32,000 nucleotides of DNA from NCBI RefSeq assembly GCF_009734345.1, contig NZ_CP032551.1:2160001-2192000 (forward strand), given 5' to 3'. The notes below the pieces were generated by a model. It was not told where the DNA came from. It searched no databases and saw only the letters and a list, made by a program, of their open reading frames with translations. The translations under genes were made by a program, and so were the position numbers. Position 1 is the stretch's first letter, and each line of letters starts with the position of its first letter. Shown here in pieces: positions 1 to 8,736 of this stretch. Source of the stretch: Pseudidiomarina andamanensis (GTDB taxonomy: Bacteria; Pseudomonadota; Gammaproteobacteria; Enterobacterales; Alteromonadaceae).

Positions 1-7
1 CAATCTC

Positions 8-2152
8 ATGCGCTTTTATGCGATGAATCAGATCAGCCCAAAACTCGAACAATTTATTAGTGAGCTTCCTAAGGCTAGTTTACTGGAAGCATCGCGCTCT
101 GGTGTTACAACCATTGATTATCACTCGAATCACAAACACTTTGTTGCAATAGTACCAGTGGTTCCGCCCGGTCAATTAAGTGCGCAGTTACGGCGCAACT
201 TATTTGTTGTGGAGTACCGCCACGATGATACATGGTATCAATTGAGTTCGTTGGCGGCTAATGAGCTGGGCGCATTTCTAGTCATTTTGGTGTTATTAGG
301 GTTATTACTTTGGTTTGGTTTGCAATTTGTCATTGCACGCCCCGTTAAAAGCATCGTAACGGCACTCGATAGATTTTCAAAACGAGAATCGATTGGTGAT
401 ATTAAGGTGCCTTCGTATAACGAAATTGGTTTACTTTGGGAAACACTAAAAGGTGCAGCCAAATCACGAGAAGACTACGAAATTCAGCTACGTAAATTAT
501 CTGCCGCAGTTGAACAAAGTAGTGATTGTATTGTGATTACTGATCTTGATGCTCGCATTGAATACGTGAATAAAACATTTACTGATATTACCGGCTATTT
601 AGCTGATGAAGTCATTGGTTTGAACCCTAAGGTACTTGCTTCAGGTAATACACCTAAAGGCACCTATGAAGCGATGTGGAGTGCATTGACCCAAGGTAAG
701 GTTTGGGAAGGCGAGTTATTCAATTGTAGAAAAGATGGTACCGAATATCGAGAGTGGGCAATCATTTCGCCGTTAAGAAATGAATATGGCGAAATTACCA
801 ATTTTCTCGCTAGCAAACAAAACATTACTGAACGCAGAGCTGCCGAGGCCCAGGTCAACTACCTCGCGTACTTTGATGTATTAACTGGCTTACCAAACCG
901 CACACAGTGCACTGAACTATTAAGTAAAATGCTTCAGTCTCGTGAGCCTCGTAATTACGGTGCCGTGGTGTTGCTCGATGTGGATGGCTTGCAGCGCATT
1001 AATGACGTTCGCGGATTCGAATTTGGCGATCAGGTGTTATTGACTTTGAAAGAACGTTTAAGCCAAGTGGTATTGCATGAAACAGGTGCAAAGCTTGGTA
1101 ATCTCGGTGGTGATTTGTTTGCGTTGCTGCTAAGCGCTACAGGTGAGCGTGAGCATATTCTGGCACATACGCAAGTCTTGGTGAAAGAGGCGCTTGATGA
1201 AGTGAGTAAACCGCTCATGGTTGAAGGCGAGCGCATTATTGTTACCGCAAGCGCCGGCATGGTGATGTACCCTGAATATGGTGATACGCCCGAGTCGATT
1301 ATACGTCACGCTGAAACTGCGGTTCATCACGCGAAAGAAGCCGGTGGGAATCAGTTGATGGTTTATAACCCATCGTATAGCTACGCACTTGAGCAACATT
1401 TTGAGATTGAGCGTGCGCTTCGAGAAGCAGTTGGTAGCGAGCAGCTTCAGCTACATATGCAACCGCAGCAACTTGCCAACGGTTCTATTATAGGTGTTGA
1501 ATTATTGTGTCGCTGGCAGCACCCGGAACTTGGAGCTGTATCGCCTGGAGTCTTTATTCCAATCGCTGAAAAAAGCGACCTCATTGTGCATTTAGGCAAG
1601 TGGATTGTTACACGAGCACTCGAAATTGCTTCTGAATTACCAGAGCATTTGACGATTGCAATCAACATCAGCCCACGACATTTCCGCAAGTATGACTTTG
1701 TTTATTTTATTGAGCGCCAATTAGTTCGCAATGGCATTGCGCCCAACCGATTAATTTTAGAAATCACTGAGAATCTTTTAGTTGATGATATTCAGGATAT
1801 TACATTGAAGATGAAAACGCTGAAGGAAACCGGCGTCCAGTTTTCAATTGATGATTTCGGTACGGGATACTCATCACTGAGTTACCTGACAACATTACCC
1901 ATTGATGAATTAAAAATCGATCAGGGTTTCGTGCAAGGCATTGGTTCTTCAAACCAAGAGAAAATTGTCGAAACGATTATTTCGATGGGGCAGCATTTAG
2001 GTTTACGCATTGTAGCTGAGGGTGTGGAAACGAAAGAACAACTAAATTTCCTAGAACGCCTCTCAAATGACGTTGTCTGCCAAGGTTATTATTTTCATAA
2101 ACCCATGTCATTAGATGACTTCAAAGCCAAAACAATGAGAGGCGTAAATTAA
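8..2152 (+). CDS. Membrane-anchored PAS-GGDEF(degenerate)-EAL c-di-GMP signalling protein, probable phosphodiesterase; the 5' end may lie outside the window
   Basis: The frame stays open to the window edge (no stop in codons 2-7), so the true start may be upstream. There is one TM helix (AFLVILVLLGLLLWFGLQFVIA) and a PAS core (SDCIVITDLDARIEYVNKTFTDITGY). The GGDEF domain (LTGLPNR) has a degenerate A-site, GGDLF, and GFEFGD in place of GHxxGD. The EAL domain keeps its catalytic signatures: ELLCRW, NISP, EITEN, DDFGTGYSSLSYL, KIDQGFV, EGVET, QGYYF. Confidence 0.85.
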   Translation: MRFYAMNQISPKLEQFISELPKASLLEASRSGVTTIDYHSNHKHFVAIVPVVPPGQLSAQLRRNLFVVEYRHDDTWYQLSSLAANELGAFLVILVLLGLLLWFGLQFVIARPVKSIVTALDRFSKRESIGDIKVPSYNEIGLLWETLKGAAKSREDYEIQLRKLSAAVEQSSDCIVITDLDARIEYVNKTFTDITGYLADEVIGLNPKVLASGNTPKGTYEAMWSALTQGKVWEGELFNCRKDGTEYREWAIISPLRNEYGEITNFLASKQNITERRAAEAQVNYLAYFDVLTGLPNRTQCTELLSKMLQSREPRNYGAVVLLDVDGLQRINDVRGFEFGDQVLLTLKERLSQVVLHETGAKLGNLGGDLFALLLSATGEREHILAHTQVLVKEALDEVSKPLMVEGERIIVTASAGMVMYPEYGDTPESIIRHAETAVHHAKEAGGNQLMVYNPSYSYALEQHFEIERALREAVGSEQLQLHMQPQQLANGSIIGVELLCRWQHPELGAVSPGVFIPIAEKSDLIVHLGKWIVTRALEIASELPEHLTIAINISPRHFRKYDFVYFIERQLVRNGIAPNRLILEITENLLVDDIQDITLKMKTLKETGVQFSIDDFGTGYSSLSYLTTLPIDELKIDQGFVQGIGSSNQEKIVETIISMGQHLGLRIVAEGVETKEQLNFLERLSNDVVCQGYYFHKPMSLDDFKAKTMRGVN

Positions 2153-2169
2153 CGCCTCTCGAATTTTTG
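2137..2169. terminator. Rho-independent, probably bidirectional, terminator between convergent genes
   Basis: The stem GAGAGGCG (2137-2144) pairs with CGCCTCTC (2153-2160) around an 8-nt loop, TAAATTAA, which contains the TAA stop of the upstream CDS. A T-rich tract GAATTTTT (2161-2168) follows. On the minus strand the same stem is followed by ATTGTTTT. Confidence 0.6.
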
Positions 2170-2171
2170 AT

Positions 2172-3401
2172 TTAGCTAACCCCGTGCTCTGCAGCAACCT
2201 TATCAAAGTATTCTAATGCTTGCTTCGCGTAGGCGCGTTTCGCAATGTAGTCACCCGCAAAAAAGTTTTTCTTAAAGCCATAAGCAACCATATCTTTTAA
2301 ACGTTTTAACGGCACATCGACAGCACTTAACGCGAGTTCATATTCTTGCGTCACGGTAGTGCGCGAAACCAGTCGGTTATCGGTACAAATGACAGTCGCT
2401 AATCGGTTCGCATACATGTGTTTAAAGTTATGATGACTCACGTCACCAATATCTGGGTTTGTTTGTAGGTTACTAGTAATACACACCTCAATAGCGATGC
2501 GACGGTCGGCAACAAATGACGCTAACCGATGCGCGTAATCTTCTTTGTCGCTAATTGCGGGGTCTTGTATCATATCCGGCGAGAACAGTGAGTAACCATG
2601 CCCTAAACGGTCAGCGTAACACTGTGTGAGTGCTTCAAAAATACTTTCAGCGCCGTAGGCTTCGCCGGCATGGACGGTCTTCAGCAAGAAGTTCTGATGC
2701 GCATACTCGTAGACTTCTTTGAAATCATGTGCGGGGTAACCCATTTCTTGCCCGGCGATATCTAAACCAACAATTGGCAAGCCTTCTTCATCACGTAAAC
2801 GCACACTGGCGCGGATCATTTCCATGGCCGCGGTTTTAATCACTTGCTTTGGTTCATGGTCGCGCAACATTTGGAATAGTTGCGTGTAGTATGGCGAGAA
2901 CCCTTTTTTGCCGAACATACGCATGGCACAGTTGATGATACCGTAATCAAACGGTGGTTTACTGCCATTCTGAACCTCCGGCTGTGCATTGTATTCTAAT
3001 TTAGCGCGCTTTAAGCCTTTGTTCGTGGTGTGCATAACGGTGTCAAAATCGATGCCACGAGCGGGGTCCATCATTAGTTGCGGCGCAAAGCGCACTTCAA
3101 TGTAGATAACACCCTCAGCAATATTATCTTGAGCTAATTCATACGCAGCTTGCTCGAGATTTTCCATATCGCGCAGTACGGCACAGGTATATTGGAAGCC
3201 ATTCAAGTACTCACCTAAATTTTGATACGACTCTTTAAACACGAGGTCGTAAAGGCCTTCTACCGTGTAGGACGGTAGCTCAATACCACTACGCTTTGCC
3301 ATTTCAATTAAGCCATCCGGACGTAAGCTACCGTCCAAGTGCAAATGCAGGTCGGCTTTTGGCATAGCTTTTAAGAAGGCGTGAGAATAAGGTGTGGTCA
3401 T
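2172..3401 (-). CDS. Adenosine/adenine deaminase-family metallohydrolase, an atypical long form of 409 aa
   Basis: The ORF is 2172..3437. The preferred start is the ATG at 3401 (MTTPYSH...), with AGGAG 6 nt upstream. ADA-family signatures are present: HLHLDGS (zinc His pair), TVHAGE (His plus catalytic Glu), RLGHG, EVCITSN, and CTDN where canonical enzymes have TDD. Confidence 0.8.
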   Translation of the reverse strand: MTTPYSHAFLKAMPKADLHLHLDGSLRPDGLIEMAKRSGIELPSYTVEGLYDLVFKESYQNLGEYLNGFQYTCAVLRDMENLEQAAYELAQDNIAEGVIYIEVRFAPQLMMDPARGIDFDTVMHTTNKGLKRAKLEYNAQPEVQNGSKPPFDYGIINCAMRMFGKKGFSPYYTQLFQMLRDHEPKQVIKTAAMEMIRASVRLRDEEGLPIVGLDIAGQEMGYPAHDFKEVYEYAHQNFLLKTVHAGEAYGAESIFEALTQCYADRLGHGYSLFSPDMIQDPAISDKEDYAHRLASFVADRRIAIEVCITSNLQTNPDIGDVSHHNFKHMYANRLATVICTDNRLVSRTTVTQEYELALSAVDVPLKRLKDMVAYGFKKNFFAGDYIAKRAYAKQALEYFDKVAAEHGVS

Positions 3402-3450
3402 GAGCTTCTCCTGTTTAAATTTCACAAAGTATATCAAAACAAAAGGCGTT

Positions 3451-3565
3451 AATCGTTACTGGTTGTTCGTTATTCGTGGGAAAGAAAAAGAGTGGATATT
3501 AGCTATTGGATATTAGATATTAGAAAGACACTTCGAATAACCAATAACGATGAACGAATAACGAT
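3451..3565. repeat. Structured divergent-promoter region with an inverted 10-mer pair flanking tandem TGGATATTAG / ATATTAG repeats
   Basis: TCGTTATTCG (3467-3476) is the exact reverse complement of CGAATAACGA (3554-3563), and a related CGAATAACC lies at 3533-3541. Between them, TGGATATTAG occurs at 3493-3502 and 3507-3516, with a further ATATTAG at 3517-3523. Confidence 0.5.
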
Positions 3566-3568
3566 TCT

Positions 3569-4147
3569 ATGGCTTCACTTTATTTTACTTACTCGGCAAT
3601 GAATGCCGGTAAAAGCACGTCGCTACTCCAAGTGGCACACAACTACGAAGAGCGAGACCAACACGTGTTACTGCTGACTCCGTCAATTGATGACCGAGCT
3701 GGGCATGGGCGCATTGCGTCGCGGCTGGGGATTGATCGTGAAGCATTAGCATTTTCAAACACGACAGATTTAGCGGCATTGATTGAAGCGCGGCATCAAC
3801 GTAAACACATTGATTGTGTGCTGATTGACGAGGCGCAATTTCTAACCGAAACGCAGGTGTGGCAGCTTACTGACGTGGTCGATCGCGTTGATATTCCGGT
3901 AATGTGTTACGGTATCCGCAGTGACGCATTTGGCAAAGCTTTTCCAGGTAGTGCTGTATTACTTGCTGTGGCTGATAAATTGGCAGAGATGAAAACCATT
4001 TGTTTCTGTGGTCGTAAAGCCACCATGAATCTTCGCATCGACGCCGAAGGCAACGCAGTAAGAGCTGGTGATCAAATTGCTATCGGCGGCAATGATCGTT
4101 ACATCTCGTGCTGTCGTAAACATTGGAAAGAGCGACTCGGCCTTTAA
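3569..4147 (+). CDS. tdk: Thymidine kinase
   Basis: MASLYFTYSAMNAGKSTSLLQ (P-loop), LIDEAQF, and a C-terminal Cys cluster CFCGRKAT...CCRKHW. At 192 aa, the length and motif order match E. coli Tdk as I recall it. Confidence 0.93.
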   Translation: MASLYFTYSAMNAGKSTSLLQVAHNYEERDQHVLLLTPSIDDRAGHGRIASRLGIDREALAFSNTTDLAALIEARHQRKHIDCVLIDEAQFLTETQVWQLTDVVDRVDIPVMCYGIRSDAFGKAFPGSAVLLAVADKLAEMKTICFCGRKATMNLRIDAEGNAVRAGDQIAIGGNDRYISCCRKHWKERLGL

Positions 4148-4234
4148 TCGTAAAATAATTAATCACATCAATTGCTTTGGGAAAAGTCTGCTACTATTTA
4201 AACAGAAGTTGAATTTACTCAAAGTGGAGTGTCC

Positions 4235-6562
4235 ATGAAACCAGCACCGATACCGAACAATGAGTCAGAACGGTTGCACTTGTTACATGAGCTCGACATT
4301 CTCGATACCGAGCCAGAGCCGGTATTTGATCATATTACGCGATTTGTTAAGCAATTATTTGATGTTGATGCTGCTCTCATTACACTCGTCGATAGCGAAC
4401 GACAATGGTTCAAGTCAAAAATTGGCTTTCAAGAATGTGAAACACCCCGTGAAGTTTCTTTTTGTGGTCATGCGATTCTGCAAGGCACCATCATGGTGGT
4501 TGAAGATGCCACGCAAGACGAACGTTTTGCAGATAATCCATTTGTTGTTGCGGCAGAGGGGGTGCGTTTTTATGCCGGTGCGCCGCTGGAACTCAAACCC
4601 GGTATTATTATTGGCACACTGTGCATTGTTGACTCCAAGCCCCGCCAATTTTCTGCGCAGCAAAGACAATGGTTAGAAAGTCTCGCTGAATGGGTCAAGA
4701 ACGAGCTAACGAATCGCTACGCAATCAGTAATTATGAACAAGAGCGCCAAGTTCTTGCTGAAGGGCCAATTGCTGCGGTTGTCTGGCAAGTAGAGCCAGA
4801 AGCTCATTTAATCTACGCGGCTGCAAATGTCGAAAAAGTACTCGGTTATTCGCGTGACCACTTGCTGAGTCCGGCAGTTAATTATGAATCCATCGTACAC
4901 CGCGCCGACCGCTCCGAACTACTGGCACGAATGCAAGCAGTCTTAGATGGTAAACAACCCTCTTTGGAACTTGAGTATCGGGTGATCACGCCAGAAAATG
5001 AGCTTCGCTGGGTACAGCATTATGCGCGCGCTGATTATGACAGCCAAGGGCACATCGTCAGAGTGCGCGGTTATTTGCATGACAATACCAAGCGCAAACA
5101 GCTCGAACTCAGCTTACAACAAGCGAACCAGAGCTTTGCGTTGGCCCTTGCGGCAGGCAACTTAGCAACTTGGGATTGGCAACTGCTCAAACAATCCGTC
5201 AATGTTAATCACACATGTGCTGAAATACTTGGGCGTGACGAAAGCTATTCGCAGCAAAATCGTTGGGCGCAATTAATCCACCCCGACGACTTTCAAGCAA
5301 CACGTACGGCATTGCAACGTCATCTAAAAGGTCTTGATGAACGCTTTGAAGCACGTTTTCGTTTGCAACACGCTGATGGTCATTATATTTGGCTGCACAG
5401 TATCGGCAAAGTCATTGAGTCTGATGAACAAGGTTTAGCGGTGCGAATGGTTGGCATTCATCACGACATCACCGCAGAAGTTGCTAACGAGGAACGTCGC
5501 CGTCAACAAGAGACCATCTTAAATCTCGTAACTGCCGTACAGCATGAGTTTCTGTTCGTGAAAGAGTTCAGCGAAGTCTGTGATATCGCACTGCCGCAAT
5601 TGATGGCGCTTACCCACAGTGATGTTGGTATCATCGGTGAGCTCCCCGGTAATTCATATACGCACGATTTACTCTGGTTGCATGGCGTTCGTCGCTACGA
5701 TGATGACAAGAAAAATCGAGCCTATCAGAAACTAATTCAACAAGGCTTAGAAGTTGAGGTGACGGGGCGTGTCATCCGCCAAGTGTTGAGTGACGGCGAA
5801 GCGCAACTCTGCCCTTATCCGGTTCAAAAGGATGAAGTGTTACTTCAACCCATAGACTTACCAGAATTTGATAATGCATATTTACTGCCACTGTTTTTCA
5901 ATCGTGAAGTGGTCGGTATCTTATTATTGGCGAATAGCACAACCGGATACACCCCAGATTTGTTGTTAACTCTTGAACCGATACTCAATACGTTGGGAAC
6001 TCTGATGCACTTCCGTCGTATCGAGGAGCAACGGCTATCGGCAACCGAAGAGTTGCGCCGTATGGCAACGACTGACGAGCTTACGCAAGTCGCAAATCGA
6101 CGCATTTTTCTTGAAACGGCGGAACAAAAATTTAATGAGCAACATCGGTACGATGTGCCCGTGAGTGTAGCGATTATCGATTTAGACCATTTCAAAAGTG
6201 TGAATGATACCTATGGTCATGCTGCTGGTGATAACGTATTGAAGCAATTCGCCGATATTACTCGAGAGACATTACGAGATGGTGATTTACTTGGCCGACA
6301 AGGCGGCGAAGAGTTTGCCATACTGTTGCCGCATGCAGATATTGACCAAGCGATGTTAGTGGCCGAGCGCGTGCGCACACGTGTTGAACAAGCATTGTTC
6401 GAATGGCAGGGGCAGCGCATCCCGGTATCGGTGAGTATTGGCGTTGCTCAGCTGGTTGCCACCGACAAAGATACCGATCGTTGGTTTGCCCGAGCAGATA
6501 AGGCGCTTTACGAAGCAAAATCTGAAGGACGGAATCGCTGTATTGCTGCAAAAGAGGTATAA
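4235..6562 (+). CDS. GAF-PAS-PAS-GAF-GGDEF diguanylate cyclase with intact A-site and I-site
   Basis: The ORF opens at the GTG at 4229. The ATG at 4235 is preferred, with GGAG 5 nt upstream. The N-terminal GAF reads NESERLHLLHELDILDTEPEPVFDHITR...FYAGAPL. Two PAS/PAC units follow (ELEYRVITPENELRWVQH; FEARFRLQHADGHYIWLHS), then a second GAF-like region. The GGDEF domain carries DLDHFKSVNDTYGHAAGD, RDGD (RxxD) five residues before GGEEF, and YEAKSEGRNR. Confidence 0.9.
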   Translation: MKPAPIPNNESERLHLLHELDILDTEPEPVFDHITRFVKQLFDVDAALITLVDSERQWFKSKIGFQECETPREVSFCGHAILQGTIMVVEDATQDERFADNPFVVAAEGVRFYAGAPLELKPGIIIGTLCIVDSKPRQFSAQQRQWLESLAEWVKNELTNRYAISNYEQERQVLAEGPIAAVVWQVEPEAHLIYAAANVEKVLGYSRDHLLSPAVNYESIVHRADRSELLARMQAVLDGKQPSLELEYRVITPENELRWVQHYARADYDSQGHIVRVRGYLHDNTKRKQLELSLQQANQSFALALAAGNLATWDWQLLKQSVNVNHTCAEILGRDESYSQQNRWAQLIHPDDFQATRTALQRHLKGLDERFEARFRLQHADGHYIWLHSIGKVIESDEQGLAVRMVGIHHDITAEVANEERRRQQETILNLVTAVQHEFLFVKEFSEVCDIALPQLMALTHSDVGIIGELPGNSYTHDLLWLHGVRRYDDDKKNRAYQKLIQQGLEVEVTGRVIRQVLSDGEAQLCPYPVQKDEVLLQPIDLPEFDNAYLLPLFFNREVVGILLLANSTTGYTPDLLLTLEPILNTLGTLMHFRRIEEQRLSATEELRRMATTDELTQVANRRIFLETAEQKFNEQHRYDVPVSVAIIDLDHFKSVNDTYGHAAGDNVLKQFADITRETLRDGDLLGRQGGEEFAILLPHADIDQAMLVAERVRTRVEQALFEWQGQRIPVSVSIGVAQLVATDKDTDRWFARADKALYEAKSEGRNRCIAAKEV

Positions 6563-6612
6563 TATTGCGTAATTAATCAGCGCATCAAAATATTCACATT
6601 ATAGAGGTACAC

Positions 6613-7665
6613 ATGCAGGTTACTGAGCTAACAATTCCAACCCCTGACGATTGGCATTTACATCTTCGCGACGGCGAACTGTTAGCAACAACCGTACCTG
6701 CAACTGCCGAGGTATTTTCTCGCGCAGTGATTATGCCAAACTTAGTACCGCCAGTAACTTCGGTTGACCAAGCACAACAGTATCGCCAGCGCATTCTCGA
6801 CAACCGTCCAGATGGCAATTCTTTTGAGCCGTTAATGGCGTTGTATCTGACGCAAAATACGGCGTTAGAAACCATACAAGCTGCCGCTGCTGATCCTAAT
6901 ATTATTGGTTTTAAGCTGTATCCATCGGGAGCAACGACTAATTCAGATGCTGGTGTGACCGACGTGGATGGTTTGGATGAAGTCTTTGCTGAAATGGCTA
7001 AGTTACAAGTACCTTTGCTGGTGCATGGCGAAGTGACGACTGCCGATATTGATATTTTTGACCGCGAAAAAGTATTTATTGATCGGCATTTACGTCCAAT
7101 ATTGCAACGACACCCAAAATTGAAGCTCGTACTCGAACACATTACGACGGCTGACGCAGTTAGATTTGTAGAAGAGCAGGGCGAGAACGTTGCGGCGACG
7201 ATTACACCACAACATTTGCTCATGAACCGTAACGACCTATTAGTTGGCGGTGTGCGCCCGCACAATTACTGCTTACCAATTTTGAAGCGTCGTGATCATC
7301 AACTGGAGCTGCGTCGAGCGGCAGTGTCTGGTAATCCGAAGTTTTTCTTAGGCACTGACTCAGCGCCTCACGCACAGTCGAAAAAGGAAAATGCATGTGG
7401 CTGTGCGGGTTGTTACTCGGCGCCAGCGGCGTTACCGTTGTATGCAGAATTTTTTGAGCAAATGGGTGCGCTTGAGAAATTAGCTGATTTTGCCAGCGGT
7501 TTTGGTGCAGATTTTTATGGTTATGCGCGAGCGACATCTACCGTTACCTTGGTACGGGAACCGTGGCGTGTTCCAGAAACTGTAACGACAGCAATAGGCC
7601 CGATGGTGCCATATTGGGCTGGCGAAATGTTAAATTGGCAGCTAAAATATATGTTAACAAAATAA
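6613..7665 (+). CDS. pyrC: Dihydroorotase, class II
   Basis: DDWHLHLRDG, VIMPNLVPPVT, KLYPSGATTNS, LLVHGEV...ADIDIFDRE, LEHITT, ATITPQHL, LVGGVRPH.YCLPILKR, FLGTDSAPH and CGCAGC are co-linear with E. coli PyrC as I recall it. AGAGG lies upstream of the ATG. Confidence 0.96.
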   Translation: MQVTELTIPTPDDWHLHLRDGELLATTVPATAEVFSRAVIMPNLVPPVTSVDQAQQYRQRILDNRPDGNSFEPLMALYLTQNTALETIQAAAADPNIIGFKLYPSGATTNSDAGVTDVDGLDEVFAEMAKLQVPLLVHGEVTTADIDIFDREKVFIDRHLRPILQRHPKLKLVLEHITTADAVRFVEEQGENVAATITPQHLLMNRNDLLVGGVRPHNYCLPILKRRDHQLELRRAAVSGNPKFFLGTDSAPHAQSKKENACGCAGCYSAPAALPLYAEFFEQMGALEKLADFASGFGADFYGYARATSTVTLVREPWRVPETVTTAIGPMVPYWAGEMLNWQLKYMLTK

Positions 7666-7702
7666 AAACAAATTATTGAACAATTTAACAATCTGGTAAT
7701 CC

Positions 7703-7734
7703 CCCTCAAGACATGGTTTTATATGGCTTGAGGG
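7703..7734 (+). other. Stem-loop downstream of pyrC and upstream of mshI; weak terminator or regulatory hairpin
   Basis: CCCTCAAG (7703-7710) pairs with CTTGAGGG (7727-7734) around a 16-nt loop. No clear T-tract follows, so an intrinsic terminator role is uncertain. Confidence 0.3.
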
Positions 7735-7754
7735 ACAATAAATAGAACTATAAT
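7728..7754 (+). promoter_or_regulatory. Candidate sigma70-type promoter for the msh assembly operon
   Basis: TATAAT at 7749-7754 (a second TATAAT at 7761-7766) lies in a very AT-rich tract. The best -35-like hexamer, TTGAGG at 7728-7733, gives only a 15-bp spacer, so the call is weak. Confidence 0.25.
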
Positions 7755-7782
7755 AAAAATTATAATTTGAAAGGAAAGCAAC

Positions 7783-8736
7783 TTGATTCGTTTGTGGCGC
7801 GCTAAACACAACAATCGACTGGTGCTGACGTACGCGTTGGCCTCAGGATTTGTGTCTCTGGCGATCGCTGAATTTGCTGATGATGATGCCAATCATGCGC
7901 CTGCCTTGATTGTTTCCGACCACCTAGAAGTGAGCGATGGAAATTGGGTTGCGGCAATCAAAACACTCACGGCAAAATATGGCCGTTACACCAAAAACAA
8001 CCCGGTTGTTTTAGTCGTGCTGGGGCCATCACTCTATCAAAGTGTGCAGCTAGAGCGCCCCAATCTTCCTACCGAAGAAATCACCCAAGCGTTACGCTAC
8101 AACCTGCGTGATCTCGTGACATTACCACCCGCGGACATCATTGCGGACTATTATGACGCACCAGTGCAACTTGCAGGGCAAGATAAAATCAATGCGATTG
8201 TTGCTGACAAAAAGGTGCTGGAGCCGGTACTCAAAGAGCTTCACCAAATTAGTGAAAATATCGTTGGAATTGTTTCTGAGGAGCAAGCTATTGCGCAACT
8301 GTTCGCAGAACAAGTTGAGCCTGCGGTATTAGCCTATCAACACGATTTAGAGCCAGCGTTATTGCAGGTTTATCAGCAAGGCAAACTACAGGTAAATCGT
8401 GTCGTGCGCAGTTTAGAGCAGCTATCACAGTTAAGTGCTGATGAAATTCAACTCGGTGGCGCCGCGCCTCTTAGTGTTGAAGTGCAACGCTCTGCGGACT
8501 ATTTCGAACGGCAATTACGGCAACGGCCAATTCGCGAAGTGATTATTGCCGTCGGCACCAACAACCGCCAAGGTATCAACCAGCAGCTCGATGAGGACCT
8601 CGGGCTAACATCGCGTTGGGCTGACTACCCGCAATGGGCGCAAGAATTGGCAGCCGGAGATTTTTCTGATTTCCCTGTGTTGGGTGGTGTTTTGCTGGCG
8701 CAGCTGCTCCGCGCTGAAAGGCGGGAGGTCGCATGA
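7783..8736 (+). CDS. mshI: MSHA biogenesis protein MshI (PilM-like cytoplasmic assembly component)
   Basis: It is the first gene of a co-linear msh operon. The start is TTG at 7783, with AGGA 7 nt upstream and an in-frame TGA at 7768-7770 that limits any upstream extension. The protein is soluble and 317 aa. Its stop overlaps the next start as ATGA. The assignment rests mainly on position relative to the clearly identifiable mshL, mshE and mshG. Confidence 0.7.
   Translation: MIRLWRAKHNNRLVLTYALASGFVSLAIAEFADDDANHAPALIVSDHLEVSDGNWVAAIKTLTAKYGRYTKNNPVVLVVLGPSLYQSVQLERPNLPTEEITQALRYNLRDLVTLPPADIIADYYDAPVQLAGQDKINAIVADKKVLEPVLKELHQISENIVGIVSEEQAIAQLFAEQVEPAVLAYQHDLEPALLQVYQQGKLQVNRVVRSLEQLSQLSADEIQLGGAAPLSVEVQRSADYFERQLRQRPIREVIIAVGTNNRQGINQQLDEDLGLTSRWADYPQWAQELAAGDFSDFPVLGGVLLAQLLRAERREVA

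Noticed and set aside
8-2152. The possibility that the first gene is the MshH/CsrD homologue that normally flanks MSHA loci.
   Set aside because: CsrD-type proteins lack a PAS domain and have degenerate GGDEF and EAL domains. This protein has a PAS domain and an EAL domain with all catalytic signatures, and four unrelated genes separate it from mshI.
6594-7265. A 223-aa ORF on the minus strand, antisense to pyrC.
   Set aside because: It lies wholly inside the strongly conserved pyrC frame. Its product is Cys/Ser/Thr/Ala-rich low complexity with no recognisable motif and no ribosome-binding site. It is a typical antisense shadow ORF.
7666-7782. A c-di-GMP riboswitch or other structured leader upstream of mshI or mshB.
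   Set aside because: The leaders available downstream of the plausible -10 boxes are only about 10-25 nt. The single hairpin (7703-7734) is too small and lacks the conserved features of GEMM-type riboswitches as far as I can judge by eye.
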